IMG/VR virus record: IMGVR_UViG_3300036845_000088
Location: 1-28,274 of that record
Direction: 5' to 3' (one strand)
DNA from: a virus
Taxonomy: Duplodnaviria > Caudoviricetes
DNA length: 28,274 bases
Part shown: positions 18,180-25,951 of the stretch, in pieces
How the letters are laid out: each line of letters begins with the position of its first letter
How positions within the stretch are numbered: position 1 is the stretch's first letter
Notes under the pieces: model-generated
Database searches by the model: none
Seen by the model: the letters and a program-made list of their open reading frames with translations, nothing else
What the model was told of the DNA's origin: nothing
Program-made: the position numbers and the translations under genes

Positions 18180-18207
18180 TTGCCCGGCGCCGGTCGCGCG
18201 CTATAAT
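18180..18207 (+). promoter_or_regulatory. Sigma70-like promoter for plus-strand cassette 1
   Basis: TTGCCC (18180-18185), 16-nt spacer, perfect TATAAT (18202-18207), 41 nt before ATG 18249. Confidence 0.65.
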
Positions 18208-18248
18208 TGCGTGGGGCATCAAGCCCTTGCACACCGGGGAATTCACAC

Positions 18249-18740
18249 ATGACCGCCTACAAATGTTTCCACATCGACAGCACCGCGAAAACGATCACAG
18301 AGACGACGTACGCGGACTATCGCGATCTGCAGCGATACGTCCGGGGCACACTTACCATAGGTTTCGCGTTCGAGAACGGCGATGTGCTCTTCGTCGATGA
18401 CGAGGCTCTGCTCAAGCCGCAAGCGGCGTTCTTCACCATCCCAGGCCAGCAGCAGCCGCTCGGGGGAAATGGCGTGCTCACCGGCCGGGATAGTTTCGGC
18501 CCGGATGGCGAAGGTGAGGGCACCGACGATCCGACGACGACGGCCGAGGAACTGGCCAAAATCGTCACCTGGATGTCTGTCGCCGAAGCCGCGCAATGGG
18601 GACGCGATCACGCCGATGTCCCAGCCGTGTCGGTCATCAGCTACGAGGACGGCGAGGTGAGGAAAACCGTCATGCAATCCTACGGCACGATATTCGAGAG
18701 GGCCACCGCGCCCGCCATCGAGCCGGAGGCGGAGGTATGA
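18249..18740 (+). CDS. DUF3846-like hypothetical protein
   Basis: GGGGA RBS, ATG 18249. The pattern DLQRYVRG...DVLFVDDEALL...PLGGNGVLTG resembles DUF3846. Confidence 0.7.
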   Translation: MTAYKCFHIDSTAKTITETTYADYRDLQRYVRGTLTIGFAFENGDVLFVDDEALLKPQAAFFTIPGQQQPLGGNGVLTGRDSFGPDGEGEGTDDPTTTAEELAKIVTWMSVAEAAQWGRDHADVPAVSVISYEDGEVRKTVMQSYGTIFERATAPAIEPEAEV

Positions 18741-19036
18741 GCGACGACATCGACGACATCCTGCCGCCCGCCGCCAAGCAGCGCACCGATCTGCTGGCCA
18801 AACTCGAAAAGATGCTCGGACAGAACGTTGAATCCGACGTGCTCGGGATCGTCGTCACACAGACTGTCGTCGTCCATCCCGCCAACGCCCGGATGCAATT
18901 CCGCATCATGGTGATCGATCCGCCGACGCTGCGGCTGATGAGCCAACTGATCTATGTAGAGGAACAGATCGTCATCGAGGCGGCCCGTGCCGCGCTCGAC
19001 GTCGAGGCCAAGGGGGGCGCTCACTCGACGACGTAA
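18737..19036 (+). CDS. Hypothetical protein (99 aa)
   Basis: ATGA overlap with the previous gene, GGAGG upstream, normal composition (MSDDIDDILPPAAKQRTDLL...). The 3' end overlaps the convergent neck gene by 16 nt. Confidence 0.7.
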   Translation: MSDDIDDILPPAAKQRTDLLAKLEKMLGQNVESDVLGIVVTQTVVVHPANARMQFRIMVIDPPTLRLMSQLIYVEEQIVIEAARAALDVEAKGGAHSTT

Positions 19037-19491
19037 TCGACTGATTTGACCATCAGGGAAGTGTCGATCAGCGCCTTGTCGAAACCCTTTTTGGCAATCG
19101 TGCTGGCGGCATTTCCCGGATCGTCGAACTCGTTGATCGTCTGGGTGATCTGCCCTTCGATCACCTGCCCCAACACGTTCAGCGCCGCCTTGGCCTCATA
19201 GCGGTTGGTCTGGATCGCCCTCGCGAGCCCAGGTGCCCAACCGGCTTTTTCCCGCGCGATCGTGTTTCTCATGAACGGCCTGGGCGGGCTGTGCTGCACG
19301 CGCCCGCCGCTCGCGTCCTTCCTTGTCGTCCCGTATTCGTTCCACACGGCGACCATAGGTATCGAAGTGCCGTCCGGGTAGGTGCCCCCGAGAAAGCCGA
19401 CCTTGAGGCCCACCGGCCCCCGCGTCAGCTTGTCGGCGATGTCTCCCAGGACGCGGCGGAAGCCCTGCCCGATTCTGCGGATGGACGCCAT
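19021..19491 (-). CDS. Neck/tail completion protein (HK97 gp10-like)
   Basis: Start ATG 19491 (TGATG overlap). Contains LKVGFLGGTYPDGT..VAVWNEYGT...PPRPFMR...NAASTIAKKGFDKALIDT. Confidence 0.85.
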   Translation of the reverse strand: MASIRRIGQGFRRVLGDIADKLTRGPVGLKVGFLGGTYPDGTSIPMVAVWNEYGTTRKDASGGRVQHSPPRPFMRNTIAREKAGWAPGLARAIQTNRYEAKAALNVLGQVIEGQITQTINEFDDPGNAASTIAKKGFDKALIDTSLMVKSVDYVVE

Positions 19492-19967
19492 CACCATGGC
19501 CTCGCACGGAATGGCGCCTGCAAATACGGCTCCCGGTAGGGTTGCGGCCCGATGTAATACTGCATTTGGCGGAACTGCGCAGTCGCCTGCCACCACTCCG
19601 CGCCCCATGGCGTCTGGGTCCAGAACGACTCGCCGGGCGTGCCGGACCCCGAATATTCGGTCGAGACGCTGACCGATCCCTCGCTGGCGCTGCTGACGCG
19701 CCCGACAAGGCCCGTGGGCACCCCGGTGCCGCTGCCCGGCTGCAGGCCCGCCAAGGACAGCAGGTGGGCCATCGCCAAATAGATCAGGTATTCGCGTTGG
19801 TTCGTGTCCGTGATCGGCGAGCAGGCCGTGTTGTCGCAGAGATTGGTGGCCCGGTAGAAGTAGCCTTGCGCCTGCCCCTCGGGGACGGCCGCGAAGGGCG
19901 GGAACCACAGCGCAAACTTCGCCGGATCGAAGACGACGATACCGGATGTGCATGTACAGCCGCTCAT
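19491..19967 (-). CDS. Head-tail adaptor, DUF4054 family
   Basis: VVFDPAKF...FPPF...AHLL...GLVGRVSSASEGSVSVS...QTPWGAEWWQAT. Confidence 0.9.
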   Translation of the reverse strand: MSGCTCTSGIVVFDPAKFALWFPPFAAVPEGQAQGYFYRATNLCDNTACSPITDTNQREYLIYLAMAHLLSLAGLQPGSGTGVPTGLVGRVSSASEGSVSVSTEYSGSGTPGESFWTQTPWGAEWWQATAQFRQMQYYIGPQPYREPYLQAPFRARPW

Positions 19968-20227
19968 GGCGGTGGCTCCTCATCCTTGTCTTGTTCGTCG
20001 TCGGGCGGGCGCGGGACGATCCGCATCAGGATCAGCAGTCCGGCGATCAACTCCAGCACGAGACTGCGGATGCTGCCGGCGGTGCAGGACGCCGGCTCGG
20101 CGATGCCGTGCGACGTGACCCAGAAGCAGCCGAAAATGATCTCCTGGGCGCCGATGATGGTCGCGACGACGATGAGAGCGAACAGGAAGAACGCCCATCG
20201 CGCGATATCGAACGGGCGCTTGGCCAT
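19964..20227 (-). CDS. Small two-TM membrane protein
   Basis: Two hydrophobic segments (WAFFLFALIVVATIIGA; LVLELIAGLLILM), basic N-terminus, acidic C-terminus; coupled to its neighbours. Confidence 0.65.
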   Translation of the reverse strand: MAKRPFDIARWAFFLFALIVVATIIGAQEIIFGCFWVTSHGIAEPASCTAGSIRSLVLELIAGLLILMRIVPRPPDDEQDKDEEPPP

Positions 20228-20230
20228 GCA

Positions 20231-20842
20231 TCACGGGGTCGTCCTGGCGGGCGGTGCCGCGACCTGATTCTCCAAAGCCTGAACGCGCTGTTCCAGGGCG
20301 GCCACCAAGCCCGCGACGTACTGCTTGGTCGCGGCCTGCATGGAGGCATCAGGGTTGTCGTCCAGCAGCAGCGCGCCGGTCATCGTGCCACCGGACAGCG
20401 GCAGGAACCCCGTCGGCGCCGCCGCCGCGATGGCGTCGTCGACATACGCCTTGCTCGCCGCCTGCTGGCCGGTCGTCGGATTACCGGCCAGGACGAGGGC
20501 GCCTCTCAGCGTGCCGCCGGAGAGCGGCAGCATGGCCTCCAGACCGGCCTGCACATTGGCGGCCCCGGCGACCGGCGGGGCGAGCGTCACCTGATCGGCT
20601 GGGACGGGATCGCCGCTGCCGCTGATGTCCGCCAGGGCCATCGCCACGCCGACGTCGTGACCCGCCGCGTCGGTCTGCACCACGAGGATCGTCTCGCTGC
20701 CGTTGATCGGGCCGGCCTCGGCCGATCCGCTGATGATCTCGGCGAGGTTGGCGGTCGACGACACGGATTCGGTGTTGTCGCGGCGCGCGACGATCAAGCG
20801 CGTGTTCGCGTTCAACCGCTCGTTCATCACGTGACTGGCCAT
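20231..20842 (-). CDS. Putative head/neck fibre or decoration protein with fibre-type repeats
   Basis: Two LPLSGGT..GAL.L..NP....QAA.K.YV repeats plus a C-terminal coiled coil; GGAGG RBS. Confidence 0.7.
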   Translation of the reverse strand: MASHVMNERLNANTRLIVARRDNTESVSSTANLAEIISGSAEAGPINGSETILVVQTDAAGHDVGVAMALADISGSGDPVPADQVTLAPPVAGAANVQAGLEAMLPLSGGTLRGALVLAGNPTTGQQAASKAYVDDAIAAAAPTGFLPLSGGTMTGALLLDDNPDASMQAATKQYVAGLVAALEQRVQALENQVAAPPARTTP

Positions 20843-20872
20843 ATGCCCTCCGGTTTGCGCGCCGGGCGCGTA

Positions 20873-21292
20873 TCAGGTGGTGGTGGCCAGCGCCACGCCA
20901 TGCCCCGGCTTGTGCGGGTCGATCGGTTCAAGCCCAGACTTGTTCTCGGCTAACTCCTTGGCCTTGGCCGCCGCATCGTTGTGCTTGGGCATCGCGAAGA
21001 TAAGCCCGCGCTTGACGATCTCCATGGCCTCGTGTTCGACCAGCCATGCGAGCCAAATGTCCTCATCGACGCCGGGCGTCAGCGCGTAGCCGGCGACGAC
21101 GGTCCCAGGCTCGGGCGGGGCCACCGGCAGCCCGTCGGGCGTGCGCGCATAGGTGCGCGGGAGGTCGATGCCGACCTCGCGGGCGAAGCCGTTGACGCGG
21201 ACGCGCTGGGCCGGGCCGCCATCCGGCCGCCGGCCCACGTCGAGATACAGCCCGTTAGGCAAGCGGCACGCAATCGTCACGGTTCCGGCCAC
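20873..21292 (-). CDS. Conserved hypothetical protein following the major capsid gene
   Basis: GTG 21292 with GAGG RBS: MAGTVTIACRLPNGLYLDV...VRVNG...GYALTPGVDEDIW..W...GLIFA...SGLEPIDP. Confidence 0.78.
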   Translation of the reverse strand: MAGTVTIACRLPNGLYLDVGRRPDGGPAQRVRVNGFAREVGIDLPRTYARTPDGLPVAPPEPGTVVAGYALTPGVDEDIWLAWLVEHEAMEIVKRGLIFAMPKHNDAAAKAKELAENKSGLEPIDPHKPGHGVALATTT

Positions 21293-21315
21293 AGTCTCTT
21301 CCTCTCGCGGTATTC

Positions 21316-22413
21316 CTAGACGCCGAGCATCGCCGCGATGGCGAACGGCTGGAAGATGATCGAGCCCCATGTGCCCTGCGACTTCTTCTGCTTGAAGCTG
21401 GACATCTCCTTGACGATGGCGTGCGCCCGCAGCTTCTCGGTGAACGCGCAATAGCCTGTCTCCTGGCCGTCCAGCCCGTTGGCGATAAGCTGCACCATGT
21501 TGCCTGCAGGCGTCGCGTACTGCGTCGCCGTCTCGAACTTGATGTTCGGGAAATTCTTCTTCAGTTGGTCATAGACGTTGACGTTGTACTGGTTGGTCCC
21601 GGTCAGCGCCACGGCGCTTGTCGGATGCATCGCCAGCGTCATGTCGGCGTCCGCCTCGATCAGGCCGCCCGACTGCATCACAAGCTGCACGAACAGCGCC
21701 TGGATGTCGGTGTATACCTCCGACGGTGCCGCATTGACGATGCCGCCCGCCGTCACCCAGAGCGGCCCGGCGGGGCCGGCCTTCGGCCCCGGCGTGATCG
21801 GCGGATGCAGCATGGGATCGTTGAGCAGCCCATAATTCTGCAGGCCGCTGATCCCGTAAAAGTAGCTCGTGTTTTGGAACTTATCGAGGATGATCGTCGA
21901 GGCGATGTTGAGCCGGCTCGCCCAATCGATCTTGGCGAGTGCGGCCATCTCTAGCTGGCGCTCGCCCCATTGCGTGATGGTCTGGTAATGGTAGCTCTGC
22001 CGCTGCGGGAAGTTGGCGTTGGCGCCCGTCGACCCGTTCTCGTTCCAGTCGCCGTACGTGCTGACCTCGCCCGTGTGCTCGATCACGGGGAAGGTGGCTG
22101 TCAGCGTGGTCCAGTCGCCTTTTTTGACCTCGCCCAGAATCTTCGCGCACTTGTTGGGCGTGAGCAGAACCTTGATCAGATTCGGCTCCATGTAGTTGGC
22201 CAGCCATGACGGGATGCCCGCGTTGCTGACGGTCACCAGCGACGGCTGCGCATCGCAGGCCATGCCGAAATCGTGCGACGTGCCGGGAGGATAATAGCCC
22301 CGGAAATCGTCGGGCATGTGAATGCCCTTGAGCGTGCGCAGCATCTCGCGATCCGCCATCCAGTCCGGATCGATTCCGCTGTCCAGCGCCATATTCGGGA
22401 ACATGTAAGACAT
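21316..22413 (-). CDS. Major capsid protein (DUF2184 family, HK97 fold)
   Basis: DAQPSLVTVSNAGIP...GEVKKGDWT...YGDWNENG...RQSYHYQT..QWGERQ...YGLLNDP...FTEKLRAH...QKKSQGTWG. Confidence 0.92.
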   Translation of the reverse strand: MSYMFPNMALDSGIDPDWMADREMLRTLKGIHMPDDFRGYYPPGTSHDFGMACDAQPSLVTVSNAGIPSWLANYMEPNLIKVLLTPNKCAKILGEVKKGDWTTLTATFPVIEHTGEVSTYGDWNENGSTGANANFPQRQSYHYQTITQWGERQLEMAALAKIDWASRLNIASTIILDKFQNTSYFYGISGLQNYGLLNDPMLHPPITPGPKAGPAGPLWVTAGGIVNAAPSEVYTDIQALFVQLVMQSGGLIEADADMTLAMHPTSAVALTGTNQYNVNVYDQLKKNFPNIKFETATQYATPAGNMVQLIANGLDGQETGYCAFTEKLRAHAIVKEMSSFKQKKSQGTWGSIIFQPFAIAAMLGV

Positions 22414-22463
22414 GACGGTCTCCGTTCGGGTTGCGGGCGGATCGCCCGATCAGCAGGCGGCGA

Positions 22464-23396
22464 TCAGCCGAGAGGCCAGGACGACATTTTCACCAGTTCT
22501 CCCGGCATCCCGTACGACATGGCGTACCACTTCGTTTCGATGCCACCGGCGAAGGTAATGGCCGTCGATGCCACGGCGGTACTGTTGTTCATGACATAGG
22601 TTCCCACGCCGCCCGCGCCGGTCAGGAACGCCGTGATGGTCGAGCCCACGACGGCGCCGGTGCCGGCGGTGACCTGATCGCCGACCTGCAGGGGGGCGCT
22701 GCCGGCCACGGTCACGTTGAGCGTGCCATAAGTGCAGTTGATCGCCTGGGGCGTGGCGATGGCCTGATTGCGCGGCGCAATGTTGTAGTGCCCCGCCCCG
22801 CCGGGCGTGCCGTCGATCTGGCTGGTGATGGTCGTCCCGGCCGCGACGCCGGTCCCGGTGACGGTGGCGCCGGGATAGTACCCACCCGTGATGGTCCCGC
22901 CCACGGTCAGGATGTTGTCGGCGATCGTCGAAGCCGTGCTGCCTCCCGTGCTCGCCGTGACGGCGCCGGTGACGGTGGCGCCGGCCGGGGGGTTGCCGGT
23001 GGCCGCGAAGGAGACGCTGCCGCTGCCGAACAGCGCATACGCCTTCATGCGCGGCATGGCCTGGGCGCTGCCGCGATTGACCACCCAGAAATCGCCGGCC
23101 TGATGCAGCGTCACGCCGATGCCCGACGGCACCAGCATCGTGGCCTCCTGCAGCCACACAGTGATGAGCGCCTGTTGCTCGCGATGGACGAAGCCGTCCG
23201 GCGTGCCCTGCCCGCTATTGTTGACGAAGGTATAATTGCCCTGATCGACCCAGGCGAAGCGGCCGACCAGCAATCCGTTAGGCCCGGCCACGAACGCGCC
23301 CGGCCCCGCCAGGACCGACGCACGCGGATTGGCGCTGCAGAAGTCGCCCTCGACGCCGGGGGCTGGGAGCACGTTGACCTGCGTCTGGAATCCCAT
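22464..23396 (-). CDS. Capsid cement/decoration protein with two inserted beta-rich modules
   Basis: ATG 23396 after AAGGAG. MGFQTQVNVLPAPGVEGDFCSANP...GRFAW...GFVHREQQALIT...GDFW...ETKWY...GELVKMS; lies between protease and capsid genes. Confidence 0.85.
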   Translation of the reverse strand: MGFQTQVNVLPAPGVEGDFCSANPRASVLAGPGAFVAGPNGLLVGRFAWVDQGNYTFVNNSGQGTPDGFVHREQQALITVWLQEATMLVPSGIGVTLHQAGDFWVVNRGSAQAMPRMKAYALFGSGSVSFAATGNPPAGATVTGAVTASTGGSTASTIADNILTVGGTITGGYYPGATVTGTGVAAGTTITSQIDGTPGGAGHYNIAPRNQAIATPQAINCTYGTLNVTVAGSAPLQVGDQVTAGTGAVVGSTITAFLTGAGGVGTYVMNNSTAVASTAITFAGGIETKWYAMSYGMPGELVKMSSWPLG

Positions 23397-23435
23397 CGGG
23401 GACACTCCTTGAAAGGGTGGGGGACAGGCTGCCGA

Positions 23436-25112
23436 TCAGCCGATGACGCGCGCGCCCTTGAGTTCGGGGAACCGGCCGTAGGTGCCGGCGACGGCCGTCT
23501 TGCTGTCCTGGGCCAACCGGCTGTTGCCGCCCGCGCGGGGGCGCTCGCCGGGCTTGGGCACGAGGTTGAGCAGCGCGCGCAGGCTGGCGATGTCCGCCGT
23601 TGGGGGCGCCTCGACGCCGTGCGTCTCCAGCGCCAGCCGCAGGATGTCCTCGGCGCTGTCCATGGCCATCGCCTGATTGCCGATCCATGGGCGGACGAAT
23701 TCCGAGGTATCCCGGACGATCCGGCCGCGCTCGCGCTCGGCCTCGATGGCGGCCTGCATCCGCCGATCCATGACGATCGCGTTCGCGCGGATGGCGCGAT
23801 CCATCGCTCCCGTGCTGGGCACTGGCTGTTCTCCTGGGTCGATCTTGGGATTGGCGTCCTTGGCGGCGCGGTTGTCGCGGGCCCCGCCCCGGCGGCCGCG
23901 ATCGATGCCGCCACCGTTGCCGGGGACGGGGGGAGGCGGCGTGCCCGCTGTCGGCGGGGGCTGGTCGGCCGCGCCCCGGTTGTCGCGGGCGCCCCGGCGG
24001 TCACCGGGTGGGGGGGCACCCTCGCCCCCGCCGTTGTCCGGCGGCGCCTCCATGGCCTCCTCGGGCCGGATCAGCTTGAGCACCATTTCGAGATCGTCGG
24101 GGTCGATCTTGCCCTCGAGTACTTCCCTGATCTTCTGCTCGAGATCGTCATCCTCGGCCGCCATCGACGCGGCGTTGGTGCCTTGCGGGTCAAGCTCGCC
24201 CTCAAGGGCGCGGGGCTCGTCGTCGCGCACTGGCGGCGACGGGGGGACGGGGGACGATGCCTCCTCCGGGGGAGGCTCGCCCGGCTTGGAGAACCCGTCC
24301 AGCAGCTTGTGGAGATCGGTGATGTCGGCGTCCTCGGCCAGCTTGCCCATCGTGAGCCGGCGGATGGCCGCGCCGATCGTGTCCTTCTTGTCGGCGTAGT
24401 TCTTCGCCGTCGTGCCGATCAGGATGGGATTGAGATCGGGCATCTGCTGATCCTGGGCGAGGTTCGCGCCGATCCAGGCGGTGGCCGCGCCCTTGATCAG
24501 CATCGCCCGAGGCGAGAGGGGGACCGTCCGGGTCTGCATCGTCTGTCCTTTCGCGTTGAGATCGAGGGCCGAGTCCATCACCATGACGTCGCTGCCGGCC
24601 CTCCCGGCCTCGACCTGGGCTACATGATTTGCGCGGATGTTCCGCATCACGCCGTCATATCGCAGGCCCTTCCAGATGCCGGGCGTCATGTCGGGATCGT
24701 AGCCGTAGGCCGCCGACAGTTCGCGCAGCGTCCCGTTCTCTACGTCGGCAATGGCCTGTTCATCCCAAAATACGAGACTGTTGTCGATATAAGGATCGTG
24801 CCACGCGGCATCGGTGCCCGTGCTGCCCACGACGCGCTCGCGCTTGCTGTCCGCCGCCGTGACGGGGACGTGCCGGTCGAGGATCGGAATATTGTTGAAT
24901 GACGGGACCGCCTTTTGCAGTTCGGCGGGATCGCGCAGCAGTTGGTAGACGCGGCCCGGATCGAGGTCCAGGCGCTGATAGGACGGGATTTCCGAACCCT
25001 TGTATGGATTGACGGTCGCCTTGGTCAGATGGCTGACGGCGACATGCAGGCGGCCATATTGATCCGTGCGGCGGACGCTATCGCGGTCGAGTGCGATCGT
25101 GAGGATCGGCAT
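23436..25112 (-). CDS. DUF2213 prohead protease-scaffold protein
   Basis: GRLHV...KATVNPYKGSEIP...LLRDPAEL...ELSAAYGY...YDGVMRNIRANHVAQVEAGRAGSDV, followed by a low-complexity scaffold region. Confidence 0.92.
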   Translation of the reverse strand: MPILTIALDRDSVRRTDQYGRLHVAVSHLTKATVNPYKGSEIPSYQRLDLDPGRVYQLLRDPAELQKAVPSFNNIPILDRHVPVTAADSKRERVVGSTGTDAAWHDPYIDNSLVFWDEQAIADVENGTLRELSAAYGYDPDMTPGIWKGLRYDGVMRNIRANHVAQVEAGRAGSDVMVMDSALDLNAKGQTMQTRTVPLSPRAMLIKGAATAWIGANLAQDQQMPDLNPILIGTTAKNYADKKDTIGAAIRRLTMGKLAEDADITDLHKLLDGFSKPGEPPPEEASSPVPPSPPVRDDEPRALEGELDPQGTNAASMAAEDDDLEQKIREVLEGKIDPDDLEMVLKLIRPEEAMEAPPDNGGGEGAPPPGDRRGARDNRGAADQPPPTAGTPPPPVPGNGGGIDRGRRGGARDNRAAKDANPKIDPGEQPVPSTGAMDRAIRANAIVMDRRMQAAIEAERERGRIVRDTSEFVRPWIGNQAMAMDSAEDILRLALETHGVEAPPTADIASLRALLNLVPKPGERPRAGGNSRLAQDSKTAVAGTYGRFPELKGARVIG

Positions 25113-25176
25113 CGCCTTCCCCGTTCCTCCTTGCTATTCGCGTTCGCGGTATGCGCGGAACGCCGCATTATTCCGA

Positions 25177-25204
25177 TTGCGCATTTTTAGCCTGCCCTTA
25201 TCTT
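25177..25204 (+). promoter_or_regulatory. Possible sigma70-like promoter for plus-strand cassette 2
   Basis: TTGCGC (25177-25182), 16-nt spacer, TATCTT (25199-25204) in a relatively AT-rich divergent intergenic gap. Confidence 0.4.
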
Positions 25205-25255
25205 GGCCTCGTCGCCGGGCAATCATGCGCCGGCCGGACACGAGGAGAAATCCCG

Positions 25256-25435
25256 ATGCGCGTTTCCGATACCACAAAAACGATCATTCAAGCAGGTACC
25301 GTCACGGGGCTGAGCCGTGACGCCTATGTCGTCGCGTACGAAGTCGTCGGAGTCGAGGGCAACGTGATCGTGCTGCGCCTTACCTACGACGAGCTACGCG
25401 GCATGATCCGCTTCGCCGATCCTGATTTCGAGTGA
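25256..25435 (+). CDS. Hypothetical protein (59 aa)
   Basis: GAGGAG RBS before ATG 25256; MRVSDTTKTIIQAGTVTGLSRDAYVVAYEVVG... Confidence 0.7.
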   Translation: MRVSDTTKTIIQAGTVTGLSRDAYVVAYEVVGVEGNVIVLRLTYDELRGMIRFADPDFE

Positions 25436-25445
25436 GGGCGGCGCG

Positions 25446-25700
25446 ATGAGCAACATCATGATCCCGACCGTGCATATGAACGGCACATGCCGCGCCGATC
25501 TCGTGGCCGAGAACATGCGCGCCCGCGAAGCCCTCGATAAGGCGATCGAGGCGCTGGCGCAGGCCTCGCCGCACGGCCGGAATTTCTATCCGCAGGGCGA
25601 CGACGCGATCGTCCGCGCCGCGAAAGAACATCGCGATCGGCTGGCGCGTCTGAACTCCGTCCTGGGCGAGATTGACGATATCATCCTGGGGATCGCGTAG
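25446..25700 (+). CDS. Hypothetical phage protein (84 aa, PTVHMNGT...PHGRNFYPQG motif)
   Basis: GAGG upstream, helical composition, fills the gap between head genes. Confidence 0.78.
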   Translation: MSNIMIPTVHMNGTCRADLVAENMRAREALDKAIEALAQASPHGRNFYPQGDDAIVRAAKEHRDRLARLNSVLGEIDDIILGIA

Positions 25701-25702
25701 CC

Positions 25703-25933
25703 GTGACGATCAAACAGACACTCGCGGCGATCGACGCGAAGCTCGCGGACATCGCGGCATACCGCGCCGATTTCGACGACGATCCGGCGCTTGAGGGCGC
25801 GGCGATCGACTTCCTGTCCGCGCTGCAATCGGCATGGGAACACGCAACGGGCAATGACACGATCCCCGATCACGTCCTCCGGGGCGTGGGCATACGGATC
25901 AGGAACGGCCGAATCGTCGGCGGGGATAGCTAA
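25703..25933 (+). CDS. Hypothetical protein (76 aa)
   Basis: GTG start 2 nt after the previous stop; protein-like composition; converges on the MuF stop. Confidence 0.7.
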   Translation: MTIKQTLAAIDAKLADIAAYRADFDDDPALEGAAIDFLSALQSAWEHATGNDTIPDHVLRGVGIRIRNGRIVGGDS

Positions 25934-25951
25934 GCCCCCGCCTGCCGTTGC

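Noticed and set aside
17494-18246. 250-aa minus-strand ORF as a single gene
   Set aside because: Only the last 69 codons have an RBS and protein-like sequence; the rest overlaps the head-closure gene out of frame.
19492-19983. N-terminal extension of track ORF 19021..19983 (and similar over-long starts at 9404, 10564, 14520, 21451, 26923)
   Set aside because: These overlap well-supported upstream genes; coupled or RBS-supported downstream starts fit better.
22434-22448. Hairpin CGGGCG-GAT-CGCCCG before the capsid gene as a terminator
   Set aside because: Only a 6-bp stem, no U-tract, and within an operon that must read through.
22431-24902. 823-aa plus-strand ORF
   Set aside because: Antisense shadow of the cement and DUF2213 genes.
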